A stretch of DNA of 32,000 nucleotides from Promethearchaeota archaeon (GTDB taxonomy: Archaea; Asgardarchaeota; Hermodarchaeia; Hermodarchaeales; Hermodarchaeaceae). The translations under genes and the position numbers were made by a program. The notes beneath the pieces were generated by a model. The model did no database searches, had not been told where the DNA came from, and was given only the letters and a program-made list of their open reading frames with translations. Shown piece after piece: positions 7,145 to 16,303 of the stretch. The stretch is taken from positions 1,714 through 33,713 of the forward strand of contig JBHLPH010000010.1 of the NCBI GenBank assembly GCA_048939625.1, given 5' to 3'. Position 1 is the stretch's first letter; every line of letters starts with the position of its first letter.

Positions 7145-7606
7145 ATGCCCAACTATGGTTACTCGATTATTGGTCTAGATCCAGACAAAACCGCACGAGC
7201 TAGTGGACGCGAGCTTCGGATGTCACCAAAGGCAGCCCGGGAAATTTGTAATGAATTGCGTGGGCTCCGCTTAGAAGCTGCGAAAACCTACCTCGAGGAG
7301 GTTATTGCCATGCGTCAAGCCGTCCCCTATCGACGCCATGACAAGAAAGTCGGGCACAGGAAAGGGCTACATAAGGCCGATTCTGGACGGTACCCCGTGA
7401 AAGCCTCGAAAGAGATTATGCGGATCTTAACCAATGCTGAAAACAATGCGGATTACAAGGGCCTAGACCTTGATCGACTCCGAGTAACCCATATTTCAGC
7501 GTATCCTGGGAGAGTTCTCAAACGTTTTATAGAACGAGCCCATGGACGCTCCACCAAATTCGATGAACAACTGGTACATGTTGAGGTTGTATTAACGGAG
7601 GAGTAA
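7145..7606 (+). CDS. rpl22: 50S ribosomal protein uL22
   Basis: MPNYGYSIIGLDPDKTARASGRELRMSPKAAREICNELRG... is typical of archaeal L22. ATG 7145 is preferred over the ORF-track start at 7046, whose extra 33 aa are Cys/Ser-rich and unlike L22. Confidence 0.93.
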   Translation: MPNYGYSIIGLDPDKTARASGRELRMSPKAAREICNELRGLRLEAAKTYLEEVIAMRQAVPYRRHDKKVGHRKGLHKADSGRYPVKASKEIMRILTNAENNADYKGLDLDRLRVTHISAYPGRVLKRFIERAHGRSTKFDEQLVHVEVVLTEE

Positions 7607-7608
7607 AA

Positions 7609-8787
7609 ATGCCAGCTGAAGATCATTTTATCAATCGTGGATTGCTCAAAGTCAAAGTAAATGACTTTTTACGCCAGGAACTTCGCCGTGCCGGCTATGC
7701 TGGCGTAGATCTCCAAAAGACTCCACTGGGGATGCGCGTTGTTGTCTATGCATCACGCCCAGGAATGGTCATTGGCCGTCGTGGAACCACAGTCCGTGAA
7801 CTAACGGAAACCTTAGAGCACGAATTTGGCTTAGAAGCTCCACAGATTGAAGTTAGCGAAGTGGAAGTCCCCGAACTCAACGGACCCATCATGGCTGAAC
7901 GATTAGCCCAGCGACTTGAACGCGGTGACCATTTCCGTCGTGCTGCCTATGGGGTGCTTCGCCGCATCATCAGTGCTGGAGCGAAAGGCGTGGAAATCTC
8001 CCTTTCTGGGAAACTGACCAGCCGCCGTGCACGATATCAAAAATTCCGAAGTGGATTCGTAGCCAAAACTGGTGAACCAATCCGCACTGCTGTGAGTCAC
8101 GGTTGGGCTTTTGCGATTATGAAACCTGGTGTCTTGGGGGTACAAGTTCGAATTATGCTCCCCGACGCCGTAGCACCGGATCACCCTGTCATTGTAGAGC
8201 GAGAGGTAGTAGTTGAAGCTGTTCCAACGCCTACTCCAACAACCACAGAACCCTCTGAAACCCCTGAAGCTGCGGATATTGAAATTATTGAAGAAGAGCT
8301 ACCTATCGAGGAAGCTTCATCAATAGAAGAGTTTGTTGACGAAAGCACTGAACCAGTCCCCGAACCAACTCCTGCACCTACTCCAGAATCAGTTCCGAAA
8401 GAAGTTCCTTCCGAAGAGGAAAAACCTGCTCCTGAAGAACCGAAGGCGAAGCCCAAGGCCAAATCCAAAGAGGAACCTGAAAAAGCCCCAGAGAAACCGA
8501 AGGCGAAGCCCAAGGCAAAGAAGAAAGAAGTAGAAAAAGCGAAGCCGAAGGCGAAGAAGGAAAAAGCCGAGACGAAGCCTAAGGCGAAACCGAAGGCGAA
8601 GAAAAAGGCTGAACCCAAAGAAAAGGCAAAGAAAGAGAAAAAAGCCGAATCTAAGGCAGCCAAGAAAGAAGAAAAACCAAAAGCGAAAGCCATGACCAGC
8701 AAAGCTGCTGAGAAGGAAAAGAAGTCGAAATCCAAGGAAACCAAAGCAAAGGCTTCAAAATCCAAGAAGGAGTCTTCGAAGAAGTGA
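7609..8787 (+). CDS. rps3: 30S ribosomal protein uS3 with a ~190-aa C-terminal acidic-then-lysine-rich low-complexity extension
   Basis: The KH-domain core is aa 1-195 (GMRVVVYASRPGMVIGRRGTTVRELTE...). From about nt 8206 the tail runs PTPTPTTTEPSE...EEELPIEE..., then KPKAKPKAK repeats. GGAGGAG lies upstream of the ATG. Confidence 0.95.
   Translation: MPAEDHFINRGLLKVKVNDFLRQELRRAGYAGVDLQKTPLGMRVVVYASRPGMVIGRRGTTVRELTETLEHEFGLEAPQIEVSEVEVPELNGPIMAERLAQRLERGDHFRRAAYGVLRRIISAGAKGVEISLSGKLTSRRARYQKFRSGFVAKTGEPIRTAVSHGWAFAIMKPGVLGVQVRIMLPDAVAPDHPVIVEREVVVEAVPTPTPTTTEPSETPEAADIEIIEEELPIEEASSIEEFVDESTEPVPEPTPAPTPESVPKEVPSEEEKPAPEEPKAKPKAKSKEEPEKAPEKPKAKPKAKKKEVEKAKPKAKKEKAETKPKAKPKAKKKAEPKEKAKKEKKAESKAAKKEEKPKAKAMTSKAAEKEKKSKSKETKAKASKSKKESSKK
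8438..8516 (+). repeat. Perfect 22-nt direct repeat (aaccgaaggcgaagcccaaggc) at 8438-8459 and 8495-8516, with a 57-nt period, inside the uS3 tail
   Basis: Read directly from the sequence. It encodes the recurring EPKAKPKAK / KPKAKPKAK unit, and a degenerate third copy lies near 8569-8607. Confidence 0.9.
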
Positions 8788-8807
8788 GATGAGGAGGCGA
8801 GTGGGGT

Positions 8808-9041
8808 ATGGCATTACTGAAAATGAAAGAAATTCGGAGTATGACTGTTGAAGAACGAGATCGAAAGCTCGATGAACTCAGGGCTGAACTTGCCAAACAA
8901 CGCGCTGCAATGTTATCTGGCGCTGGAATGGAAAATCCAGGGGTCATTCGGGGTATTCGAAAAAACATTGCTCGGATTCTTACTGTAAACAATGAAGAAG
9001 CGCGGAAAGCTGCTGCTGAAGGTCTAGGAGGTGGCGAATAG
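8808..9041 (+). CDS. rpl29: 50S ribosomal protein uL29
   Basis: 77 aa: MALLKMKEIRSMTVEERDRKLDELRAELAKQRA...NPGVIRGIRKNIARILTV. GAGGAGG lies upstream. Confidence 0.93.
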   Translation: MALLKMKEIRSMTVEERDRKLDELRAELAKQRAAMLSGAGMENPGVIRGIRKNIARILTVNNEEARKAAAEGLGGGE

Positions 9042-9043
9042 CA

Positions 9044-9325
9044 ATGCAGTATACCTCTCGGTTAGCACTTCGCCCCCTCATTGGTCTATCTGCTATAGTA
9101 AAGCAGGCAACAAATCCTACACTCCACCGAATTACCGGTGTCATTGTGGATGACACTCAGAATATGCTGACACTCTTTGATGGTCATCGAACCCGCCACG
9201 TTCCCAAGACCTCAAGTCTGTTTGAACTGTCTTTACCAAATGGTGAGACAGTCGAAATTCCCGGGAAGGCTCTTTTAGGGCATCCCGCAGAACGCTTAAG
9301 GAGGGCGAAAAAACTACAATGGTAG
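9044..9325 (+). CDS. rnp1: RNase P protein component 1 (Rpp29/Pop4 homologue)
   Basis: 93 aa at the conserved archaeal position between uL29 and uS17. The motif GLSAIVKQATNPTLHRITGVIVDDTQNMLTL matches the Rpp29 Sm-like core. Confidence 0.85.
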   Translation: MQYTSRLALRPLIGLSAIVKQATNPTLHRITGVIVDDTQNMLTLFDGHRTRHVPKTSSLFELSLPNGETVEIPGKALLGHPAERLRRAKKLQW

Positions 9326-9663
9326 CTCGAAATATCGGCTTAAAAGTCACTCCACCCGAACAGGAATGTGAAGATCCTAATTGTCCATTTCACGGAACTC
9401 TGCCTGTTCGTGGTCGGGTCCTTGAAGGCGTGGTAGCCAGTACAAGGATGAAAGGCACCATAACGGTTCGCCGTGAGTACCTCCGATTTATCAAGAAATA
9501 CAAACGATACGCACGCAGTCACTCAATGACAGCGGCCCATCATCCCCCTTGTATTCCTCTTGAGGTAGGAGATACTGTTCGAATCGCCGAATGTCGACAA
9601 ATCAGTAAGACGGTATCCCATGTCGTTGTCGAACGAATCAAAACCAAGGAGGCAACCGAATAA
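9319..9663 (+). CDS. rps17: 30S ribosomal protein uS17
   Basis: 114 aa: CEDPNCPFHGTLPVRGRVLEGVVASTRMKGTITVRREY... It overlaps the rnp1 stop. Confidence 0.93.
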   Translation: MVARNIGLKVTPPEQECEDPNCPFHGTLPVRGRVLEGVVASTRMKGTITVRREYLRFIKKYKRYARSHSMTAAHHPPCIPLEVGDTVRIAECRQISKTVSHVVVERIKTKEATE

Positions 9664-10085
9664 TGGTCAAACGAGGAAAGAAGACCGCAGGCGTAGCTCG
9701 AACACGAATTAGTCGCGGGCTTCCCACTGGCGCCCGCCTCATCGTCGCAGACAACAGCGGTGCCCGAATCGTCGAAATTATCTCAGTCATTGGCTGGCAT
9801 GGACGCCTTCGCCGACAACCCGCAGCTAGCGTTGCGGACATGGTCGTGGTCTCCTGTAAAGCAGGAACCCCCAAAATGCGACGCCAAGTCCTTCGCGGGA
9901 TTATCGTCCGACAACGCCGACCATATCGCCGAAAAGGTGGGCAATGGATTCGCTTTGAAGACAATGCCATCGTCATCACCTCAGAAACAGGTGATCCCCA
10001 AGGGTCAGAAATCCGTGGACCCATTGCTAGAGAAGCCGCTGAACGCTGGCCCCGAATTGCCAGCGTAGCAAGCATCATCGTTTAG
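9663..10085 (+). CDS. rpl14: 50S ribosomal protein uL14
   Basis: 140 aa: GARLIVADNSGARIVEIISV... It has a TAATG overlap with uS17. Confidence 0.95.
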   Translation: MVKRGKKTAGVARTRISRGLPTGARLIVADNSGARIVEIISVIGWHGRLRRQPAASVADMVVVSCKAGTPKMRRQVLRGIIVRQRRPYRRKGGQWIRFEDNAIVITSETGDPQGSEIRGPIAREAAERWPRIASVASIIV

Positions 10086-10098
10086 GAGTCGAACAAAA

Positions 10099-10485
10099 AT
10101 GACCTCACGAAAACCCAAGAAACAACGTAAAGCCCGATACACCGCACCTTGGCATCGTCGCCACAAACACCTCACAGCGAAGCTTGCTCCTGAACTAGTG
10201 GATAAACACGGCATCAAACGAATTCCAGTTCATACAGGAGACACCGTCTATATTACTCGTGGAGCGTTCCGTGATTCCGAAGGCGATGTCCTTGAAATCG
10301 ATATGAAGAACCTCAAACTGAGCATCGAAAACATCACCATCGAAAAAGTGGATGGCTCAGCGGTTCCTTTTCCCATTCGCCCCGAGAACGTCATGATCAC
10401 CAAACTCAACATCGACAAGACTCGTCAAGCCGTCATTGATCGTAAAGCGGCAGCACGAGCAGAACTCGAAAGCAAGGAGGATTAG
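10099..10485 (+). CDS. rpl24: 50S ribosomal protein uL24
   Basis: 128 aa with a KOW motif (VHTGDTVYITRGAFRDSEGDVLEI) and a basic N-terminus. Confidence 0.93.
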   Translation: MTSRKPKKQRKARYTAPWHRRHKHLTAKLAPELVDKHGIKRIPVHTGDTVYITRGAFRDSEGDVLEIDMKNLKLSIENITIEKVDGSAVPFPIRPENVMITKLNIDKTRQAVIDRKAAARAELESKED

Positions 10486-10489
10486 AACC

Positions 10490-11230
10490 ATGGCAAAAGG
10501 TCCAAGAAAACACATGAAACGATTGGCTGCACCTGGTCACTGGCAAATCAAACGGAAAGTTCGTCCCTTCACTATACGTGCCAACCCAGGATCCCACGCA
10601 CTACACGAAGGCATCCCGTTAGGTGTAATCATCCGTGATATGCTTAACCTAACCACAACCCTCGCTGAAACTCGACGTGTCCTCGCTCAAGGTCATGTGA
10701 AAGTCGATGGAAAAATTCGCAAAGACTACAAATATCCCGTTGGGCTCATGGATGTCATTCAGATTCCGACATCGAAAACACGAGTACGTGTCGTCCCAGA
10801 TTCTCAACACCTTCTGCAACTCTATAATATTGCAAAGAAAGAACAGGACATCAAACCCTGTAAAATTACAAGCAAGAACACGGTGGCAAAAGGGAATATT
10901 CAACTCCATCTCCATGATGGTCGAACAATCTTACTCGAAGTGAAAGATCCCAAGGCTAAGCCCAAGATACCCTACAAACCAGGTGACACCGTGCTCATCA
11001 AAGTCCCCGATCAGACCATTCAGGAACATATCCCACTCAAGGAAGGTATCATCGCTGTTATCACAGGTGGCGATCATACAGGAAACGTGGGTAAACTTAC
11101 GAAAATCGACACAGAAAACCGCTTGGGTACCATCAAAACCGCCGGTGACAAATCCATTCTCACCGCGATTCGGTACGTATTCCCCCTCGGTAAAGATGCA
11201 CCTTTGATTTCCATTCCGGAGGCTGGCTAA
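10490..11230 (+). CDS. rps4e: 30S ribosomal protein eS4
   Basis: MAKGPRKHMKRLAAPGHWQIKRK... The ATG at 10490 is preceded by AGGAGG at 10475-10480; the ORF-track start at 10436 lies inside uL24. Confidence 0.94.
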   Translation: MAKGPRKHMKRLAAPGHWQIKRKVRPFTIRANPGSHALHEGIPLGVIIRDMLNLTTTLAETRRVLAQGHVKVDGKIRKDYKYPVGLMDVIQIPTSKTRVRVVPDSQHLLQLYNIAKKEQDIKPCKITSKNTVAKGNIQLHLHDGRTILLEVKDPKAKPKIPYKPGDTVLIKVPDQTIQEHIPLKEGIIAVITGGDHTGNVGKLTKIDTENRLGTIKTAGDKSILTAIRYVFPLGKDAPLISIPEAG

Positions 11231-11232
11231 TC

Positions 11233-11889
11233 ATGTCAACAGCAAAGAAAACATCATCATCAAAAAGCACAACAAAGCGGACAACATCAGCGAAAGCTAC
11301 AACTGAAGCTTCAGCTGCCAAGCCAGCAAAACCTGCCCCCAAACAGAAAGCGAAAAAAGACAACGTAATGCGACAAATCTTCATTTCCAAAGTTGTTGTC
11401 AACATGTCCCTGGGAACCGCGGGCGAACCCCTAGCAAAAGCTAAAACAATTCTCGAAGAATTGACGGGACAAAAACCCACAGAAGTGCTAGCAAAACGCA
11501 CCAATCGGGATTTTGGCCTCCGACAAGGCGAACCCATGGGATGCAAAGTTACCCTACGCGGAGAAAAAGCAAAGGAATTCGCTAAACGCGCCTTAGATGT
11601 CTCTGATTTCCAAATTCCAATCAGCGCGATAGATCACGCAGGCAACGTCAGTTTCGGAATCTCCGAACACATACAGATACCTGGCGTCAAATACGACCCG
11701 AACCTAGGTATCTTCGGCATGGATGTCTGTATCTGCACCGAACGCCCCGGATTCCGCATAAATCGTCGACGTCGGGCACGCCACAAGGTTCCACGCCGTC
11801 ATCGGATTACACCCGATGAAGCCATGACTGTACTCTCATCTGAGTTGGGAATTCAATTTACCCGACCAGAACTGGAGGATGAATACTAA
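11233..11889 (+). CDS. rpl5: 50S ribosomal protein uL5 with a ~45-aa Ser/Thr/Ala/Lys-rich N-terminal extension
   Basis: The core begins at MRQIFISKVVVNMSLGTAGE. ATG 11233 follows the eS4 stop by 2 nt and has GGAGG upstream, whereas the internal ATG 11368 has no SD and would leave a 137-nt gap. Confidence 0.9.
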   Translation: MSTAKKTSSSKSTTKRTTSAKATTEASAAKPAKPAPKQKAKKDNVMRQIFISKVVVNMSLGTAGEPLAKAKTILEELTGQKPTEVLAKRTNRDFGLRQGEPMGCKVTLRGEKAKEFAKRALDVSDFQIPISAIDHAGNVSFGISEHIQIPGVKYDPNLGIFGMDVCICTERPGFRINRRRRARHKVPRRHRITPDEAMTVLSSELGIQFTRPELEDEY

Positions 11890-12038
11890 TGTCAAAAGAG
11901 AAGAAACAGGGTAAAGGTCACCGCACGTGCAAACGCTGCGGAACCCACCGTGCAATCATTCGAAGCTTCAATATTGGATTATGCAGACGATGCTTCCGAG
12001 AAGTAGCCGAAGAGCTCGGATTTCGGAAATTCAGCTAG
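11889..12038 (+). CDS. rps14: 30S ribosomal protein uS14 (zinc-binding type, 49 aa)
   Basis: This gene is below the ORF-track size cutoff. I translated it by hand: [49 protein letters not shown], with CxxC...CxxC. It has a TAATG overlap with uL5. Confidence 0.9.
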   Translation: MSKEKKQGKGHRTCKRCGTHRAIIRSFNIGLCRRCFREVAEELGFRKFS

Positions 12039-12045
12039 AGGTGAA

Positions 12046-12444
12046 ATGGTAATGACTGTAAAGAATCCATTAGCAGATGCGTTTTCAACCATCATGAATC
12101 ACGAAGCCCTTCGAAAATCCGAGGTTATCATCGCCCCTGCATCAAAGAAAATTGGGGCCGCCTTGCGCATTATGCAACGCATGGGCTATGTCGGTGAATT
12201 CGAATTCATCGATGATGGAAAAGCCGGAATGCTCCGAGTGGAACTGTTAGGTCGGATTAACCAATGTGGTGTAATTAGTCCACATCATCCAGTCAAACGA
12301 ACTGCCTTCGAGGAATGGGAGAAGCGCTTTCTGCCTTCCCGAGCATTTGGGTTTCTCATCGTTTCAACACCCAAAGGCTTCATGACACATCGTGAAGCCA
12401 TTGAACAAGGTCATGGAGGACGCCTCATCGCTTACGTTTACTAA
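12046..12444 (+). CDS. rps8: 30S ribosomal protein uS8
   Basis: 132 aa: [23 protein letters not shown]...GGRLIAYVY. An alternative ATG lies at 12052. Confidence 0.94.
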   Translation: MVMTVKNPLADAFSTIMNHEALRKSEVIIAPASKKIGAALRIMQRMGYVGEFEFIDDGKAGMLRVELLGRINQCGVISPHHPVKRTAFEEWEKRFLPSRAFGFLIVSTPKGFMTHREAIEQGHGGRLIAYVY

Positions 12445-12464
12445 CCTCTGGAGCGGATTAAGAA

Positions 12465-13028
12465 ATGCCACCAAAAACAACTCACTTTGAAAGAACGACT
12501 CCAATCCTGGAAGGCACCGAAGTCAGTATTGAGAATAAACGTGTGACCGTGAAAGGTGAAAAGGGTGAGCTCGTCCGTGACTTCAGTCACGCTGATGTTG
12601 AAATCAAAAAGTCGCGTAACGACATCGTCGTCTCTGTAGAATATCCACGAAGTCGTCAAATCGCATTAGTTGGCACCGTTCTGTCACATATCAAAAACAT
12701 GATGCTTGGTGTAACCTATGGGGTCACCTACAAGATGAAAGTGGTCTTTGCTCACTTTCCCCCCTCAGTGAAAGTAGAAGGCGATCGGCTCATCATCGAA
12801 AACTTCTACGGCGAAAAAGCCCCACGCCGCGCCAAAATTCCGCCTGGAGTGACCGTGACCGTTCAAGGTGATGATGTCATCTTAGAAGGCATTGATATTG
12901 AACTCGTCGGACAAACTGCCGCCAACATCCAGCGTTCCACGAAACTCCGACGAAAAGATCCCCGCAAGTTCCATGATGGAATTTACGTATTCGAAAAACA
13001 ACTAGGTGAACGTCACTGGAAGATTTAG
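12465..13028 (+). CDS. rpl6: 50S ribosomal protein uL6
   Basis: 187 aa with a two-domain L6 pattern (VTVKGEKGELVRDF...; VEGDRLIIENFYGEKAPRRAKIP). Confidence 0.93.
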   Translation: MPPKTTHFERTTPILEGTEVSIENKRVTVKGEKGELVRDFSHADVEIKKSRNDIVVSVEYPRSRQIALVGTVLSHIKNMMLGVTYGVTYKMKVVFAHFPPSVKVEGDRLIIENFYGEKAPRRAKIPPGVTVTVQGDDVILEGIDIELVGQTAANIQRSTKLRRKDPRKFHDGIYVFEKQLGERHWKI

Positions 13029-13049
13029 CCGAAACGGATGTGACCAGCT

Positions 13050-13496
13050 ATGAGTAAGAGTAAACGAATCAAAAAACTTCAACGTGAACTCAACAAGAAG
13101 CGTTTACACAATCAGCGTAAGCCTAAATTCCGTCGTCCGGAGAGTTGGCGATATAAGCGCCTAGATACCGGTTGGCGGCGACCTAAGGGAATTGACTCCA
13201 CGATTCGGAAACGTGAGAAGAGTCAGCCCAAAATGCCTACCATCGGCTATCGCAGCCCTACCAAGCTTCGAGATTATCATCCGTCTGGCTATAAAGAAGT
13301 CATCGTTCACAATCTTCAGGAAATGGAAGGATTACATCCCAAAATCCATGTGGTTCGCATTGCCCACCGAGTGGGTGATCGAAAGCGCTTAGCCATCATT
13401 GACCGCGCAGATGATCTTGGTCTCCGTGTACTGAATCCCCAACTGAAATCCGAGGTTCGCGAACTCCTTGACCTCGAAACTGAGGAGATCCTCTAG
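13050..13496 (+). CDS. rpl32e: 50S ribosomal protein eL32
   Basis: 148 aa: KPKFRRPESWRYKRLDTGWRRPKGIDSTIRKR... Confidence 0.92.
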   Translation: MSKSKRIKKLQRELNKKRLHNQRKPKFRRPESWRYKRLDTGWRRPKGIDSTIRKREKSQPKMPTIGYRSPTKLRDYHPSGYKEVIVHNLQEMEGLHPKIHVVRIAHRVGDRKRLAIIDRADDLGLRVLNPQLKSEVRELLDLETEEIL

Positions 13497-13510
13497 AAGG
13501 TGAAGAAGAA

Positions 13511-13960
13511 ATGAATGTCAGTACCCAACGTGAATTGGCTGCTCGAATCCTCAAAGTCGGAGTTAACCGGGTCTGGATAGATCCAGACCGGCTTGATGAT
13601 GTAGCGTTAGCTATACGTCGTGATGACATCCGGAAATTAATCCACGAAGGCGCTATCCGCAAGGTTCCAATTCAAGGTGTCAGCCGAGGACGAGCTAAGG
13701 TCGTCCATGAAAAACAAAAACGTGGCCTTCGCTCAGGTCCCGGCAGTCGAAAAGGTAAGCGAACTGCCCGACTCTCAAGCAAAGAAAGTTGGATGATTAA
13801 AATCCGGGCAATACGCCTACACCTCAAAAAACTACGAGCTAGACGCATTATCAAACCACGGGATTACCGACGATTATACCGGCTCTCAAAGGGAGGAGTA
13901 TTCCCCTCAATCCGACGAGTCGACATGTACATTCAAGAAAATAAAATGAAGAGGCGATAA
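13511..13960 (+). CDS. rpl19e: 50S ribosomal protein eL19
   Basis: 149 aa: STQRELAARILKVGVNRVWIDPDRLDDVALAIRRDDIRKLI... Confidence 0.93.
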   Translation: MNVSTQRELAARILKVGVNRVWIDPDRLDDVALAIRRDDIRKLIHEGAIRKVPIQGVSRGRAKVVHEKQKRGLRSGPGSRKGKRTARLSSKESWMIKIRAIRLHLKKLRARRIIKPRDYRRLYRLSKGGVFPSIRRVDMYIQENKMKRR

Positions 13961-13963
13961 AAT

Positions 13964-14572
13964 ATGGCACACGGACCACGATACAAAGTTCCCTTTAGAC
14001 GGCGCCGAGAAAGCAAAACCGATTATCATGCACGACGACGCATGGTCGGTTCTGGACGACACCGGCTAGTTGTCCGAAAGACAAGTACACGAATTATTGT
14101 CCAAGTAATGGAAGCCCTACCGGAAGGAGACCGCTGCATAGCTGTAGCTGACTCGCGGCAACTCAAAAAATTTGGGTGGCGGGCAGGAGTAAAAAATCTT
14201 CCAGCAGCTTATCTTACCGGTTTCCTCGCCGGTCATCTAGCTCTGAAATCGGGAACGAATGCAGCGATAGCCGATATTGGGTTAACTCAACCCATCCCTG
14301 GCTCTCGGGTGTTCTCGGCAGTTAAGGGTGCAATTGATGCTGGGCTCGCTGTTCCATGCTCGGATAAAATGTTTCCCAAAGACAAACGCATTCGAGGCGA
14401 GCACATTGCCAACTACGCCAAGGACTTGAGTGAAAATCAACCATCCAGCTTCCAACGGCAATTCGGAAAAGTGTCTAAGGGACGAGTAGAGCTCACTCAA
14501 CTCCCCAACATGTACGATACAACCAAGAAGAGTATTGAATCGAATTTCACTCGCGGGAGGTCAACGAAATGA
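13964..14572 (+). CDS. rpl18: 50S ribosomal protein uL18
   Basis: 202 aa: [28 protein letters not shown]... Confidence 0.93.
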   Translation: MAHGPRYKVPFRRRRESKTDYHARRRMVGSGRHRLVVRKTSTRIIVQVMEALPEGDRCIAVADSRQLKKFGWRAGVKNLPAAYLTGFLAGHLALKSGTNAAIADIGLTQPIPGSRVFSAVKGAIDAGLAVPCSDKMFPKDKRIRGEHIANYAKDLSENQPSSFQRQFGKVSKGRVELTQLPNMYDTTKKSIESNFTRGRSTK

Positions 14573-15228
14573 GTCGCTCTCGTCCACAACGTCCACGACA
14601 ATTCGAAATCGATGAATGGGAACCAGTCACCAAAGTCGGACGTCAAGTAAAAGCTGGTGAAATTACCTCTCTGGAGGACCTATTCCAACTCGCTTTACCC
14701 ATTAAAGAACCTGAAATTATTGACGTCCTCCTCCCTAATCTGCAAGAAGAAGTCATTGACATCAACTTGGTGCAAAAGCAAACCGATGCCGGGGAGAAAT
14801 CCCGATTTAAAGCCACAGTTATAGTAGGCAATGAAAACGGGTTTGTGGGTATTGGTGAAAGTAAAGCTCCAGAAATTGGTCCTGCCATCCGCAAAGCCAT
14901 CCTTCGGGCGAAGCTAAACCTTATCTCGGTTCGCCGTGGATGTGGAAGTTGGGAATGTGGCTGTAACGATCCCCACTCGGTTCCATTTGAGGTAGATGGA
15001 AAAACCGGAAGTGTTCGGCTCAAACTTATCCCTGCACCCAAGGGTGTTGGATTGGTAACGGCTGACACCATTAAAGTCGTCTTACGACTTGCCGGCATTA
15101 ATGATGTGTGGTCTCGAACCCGCGGGCATACCCGAACAACCCTTAACTTCGCCCATTCAGTCTTTCGAGCACTGAAAAAAACCAATCAAATTATGACACC
15201 ACAAGATTGGACACGGAGAGACGAATAA
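14569..15228 (+). CDS. rps5: 30S ribosomal protein uS5
   Basis: 219 aa: [19 protein letters not shown]...[21 protein letters not shown]... It has an ATGA overlap with uL18. Confidence 0.94.
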   Translation: MSRSRPQRPRQFEIDEWEPVTKVGRQVKAGEITSLEDLFQLALPIKEPEIIDVLLPNLQEEVIDINLVQKQTDAGEKSRFKATVIVGNENGFVGIGESKAPEIGPAIRKAILRAKLNLISVRRGCGSWECGCNDPHSVPFEVDGKTGSVRLKLIPAPKGVGLVTADTIKVVLRLAGINDVWSRTRGHTRTTLNFAHSVFRALKKTNQIMTPQDWTRRDE

Positions 15229-15229
15229 C

Positions 15230-15724
15230 ATGGCAACAGAGGCAAACAAGACTCATCCACTGCTTGCAGTCATTCGGATACGTAGTAGCATTGGATTACG
15301 TCAAGAAACCAAGGATACCCTTTCGTTGTTAAGCCTGTCCCGGGTTAATCATGCTGTAATTCTCGATAAGCGCCCGACCTTTCTAGGAATGCTCCAACAA
15401 GCCAAGGATGCACTTACCTGGGGTGAAATTGATGCCCCCACATTATCCCGTCTACTTCGAAAGCGAGGTCGATTACTTGGTGATAAACCGGTTACAGATG
15501 AGTATGTGGCAAAGCATTCTCAATACAAGACCATTGATGAATATGCCAAAGCCCTTGTCTCGAAAAAAGAGGAAACCTTAGCACTTCCAAAATTGAAGAA
15601 AGTCTTTCGGCTTCATCCACCTTCCAAGGGCTTTCATGGAAGTCTTAAACGCACAATTCAACAAAAAGGAGAACTAGGATATCGCGGTGAGGATATCAAC
15701 GCCCTCCTCAAACGAATGTCATAA
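15230..15724 (+). CDS. rpl30: 50S ribosomal protein uL30
   Basis: 164 aa: LLAVIRIRSSIGLRQETKDTLSLLSLSRVNHAVIL... Confidence 0.92.
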   Translation: MATEANKTHPLLAVIRIRSSIGLRQETKDTLSLLSLSRVNHAVILDKRPTFLGMLQQAKDALTWGEIDAPTLSRLLRKRGRLLGDKPVTDEYVAKHSQYKTIDEYAKALVSKKEETLALPKLKKVFRLHPPSKGFHGSLKRTIQQKGELGYRGEDINALLKRMS

Positions 15725-15756
15725 GAGGACTGATACGGAAACAGGAAGGACAAATT

Positions 15757-16296
15757 ATGGCTGAAGATGACGATCGCCGAAAGCGCAAACGCTGGTGGGA
15801 CGATGAATCCACCGATGCTCAATTCGAAGCTCTTCAACGCATGTTCGAAGAAATCATGAAAATGTTCTCTGATGTAAATCCTGAAGACATGTTTGGACCC
15901 GATGCCCAACATCAGCTTGAAGAGATTATGAAACAATTGGAAAAGAACCCCATGGTATGGGGCTTTTCTGCTGGCATCGGCCCAGACGGCAAGATGCGCT
16001 TAAATCCCTTTGGCAACTTAAAACCCGAAGGTGCTCCTCCTGCCGTTCGCTCTGAACGCGAACCCCTCATTGATGTCCAGGAACAAGAAGACAGCATCAT
16101 AATCATCGCCGAACTTCCTGGCGTCAAACATGATGAAATCAATATCAAAGTAACAGATTATGCGGTAACTCTTCAGGTTGAATCCAAGGATCGGAAATAT
16201 GCGAAAAACATCGATCTTCCAGCTCCAATTGATATCGACCAAGTTACCTCGAATTATAACAACGGCATCCTTGAAATTCAACTTCAAAAACGGTGA
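15757..16296 (+). CDS. Hsp20/alpha-crystallin family small heat-shock protein (archaeal type), embedded in the r-protein operon
   Basis: 179 aa. The C-terminal alpha-crystallin-like core is PLIDVQEQEDSIIIIAELPGVKHDEINIKVTDYAVTLQVE...NIDLPAPIDIDQVTSNYNNGILEIQLQK. The N-terminal half is highly charged. It starts 32 nt after uL30 with an AGGAAGGA SD, and its stop lies 1-7 nt before the uL15 start. Confidence 0.8.
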   Translation: MAEDDDRRKRKRWWDDESTDAQFEALQRMFEEIMKMFSDVNPEDMFGPDAQHQLEEIMKQLEKNPMVWGFSAGIGPDGKMRLNPFGNLKPEGAPPAVRSEREPLIDVQEQEDSIIIIAELPGVKHDEINIKVTDYAVTLQVESKDRKYAKNIDLPAPIDIDQVTSNYNNGILEIQLQKR

Positions 16297-16303
16297 AATG
16301 AAT

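Noticed and set aside
8181-8765. A 194-aa antisense ORF (with the small + ORF at 8333-8533) over the uS3 tail. Similar alternative-frame or antisense ORFs lie at 16617-17018, 16687-17025, 23326-23760, 23460-23882, 24848-25198 and 24895-25158.
   Set aside because: All coincide with the repetitive AAG/GCN/CCN-rich coding sequence of the Lys-rich tails, which is open in several frames. The sense frames continue directly from conserved r-protein or RNAP cores.
9638-10078. Long antisense or alternative-frame ORFs over conserved genes: 9638-10078 (-) and 9760-10068 (+) over uL14, 14643-15185 (-) over uS5, 20346-20972 (-) over cmk/eL14, 25856-26380 (-) over uL13/uS9, and 6682-7152 (-) over the Trm112-like gene
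   Set aside because: Each is fully overlapped by a gene with strong family motifs on the other strand or frame. None has an SD, and the products show no recognisable domains.
11368-11889. The internal ATG 11368 as the true uL5 start, which would remove the N-terminal extension
   Set aside because: It has no SD upstream and would leave a 137-nt non-coding gap in an otherwise tightly coupled operon. ATG 11233 sits 2 nt after the eS4 stop with GGAGG upstream. It cannot be excluded without proteomic data.
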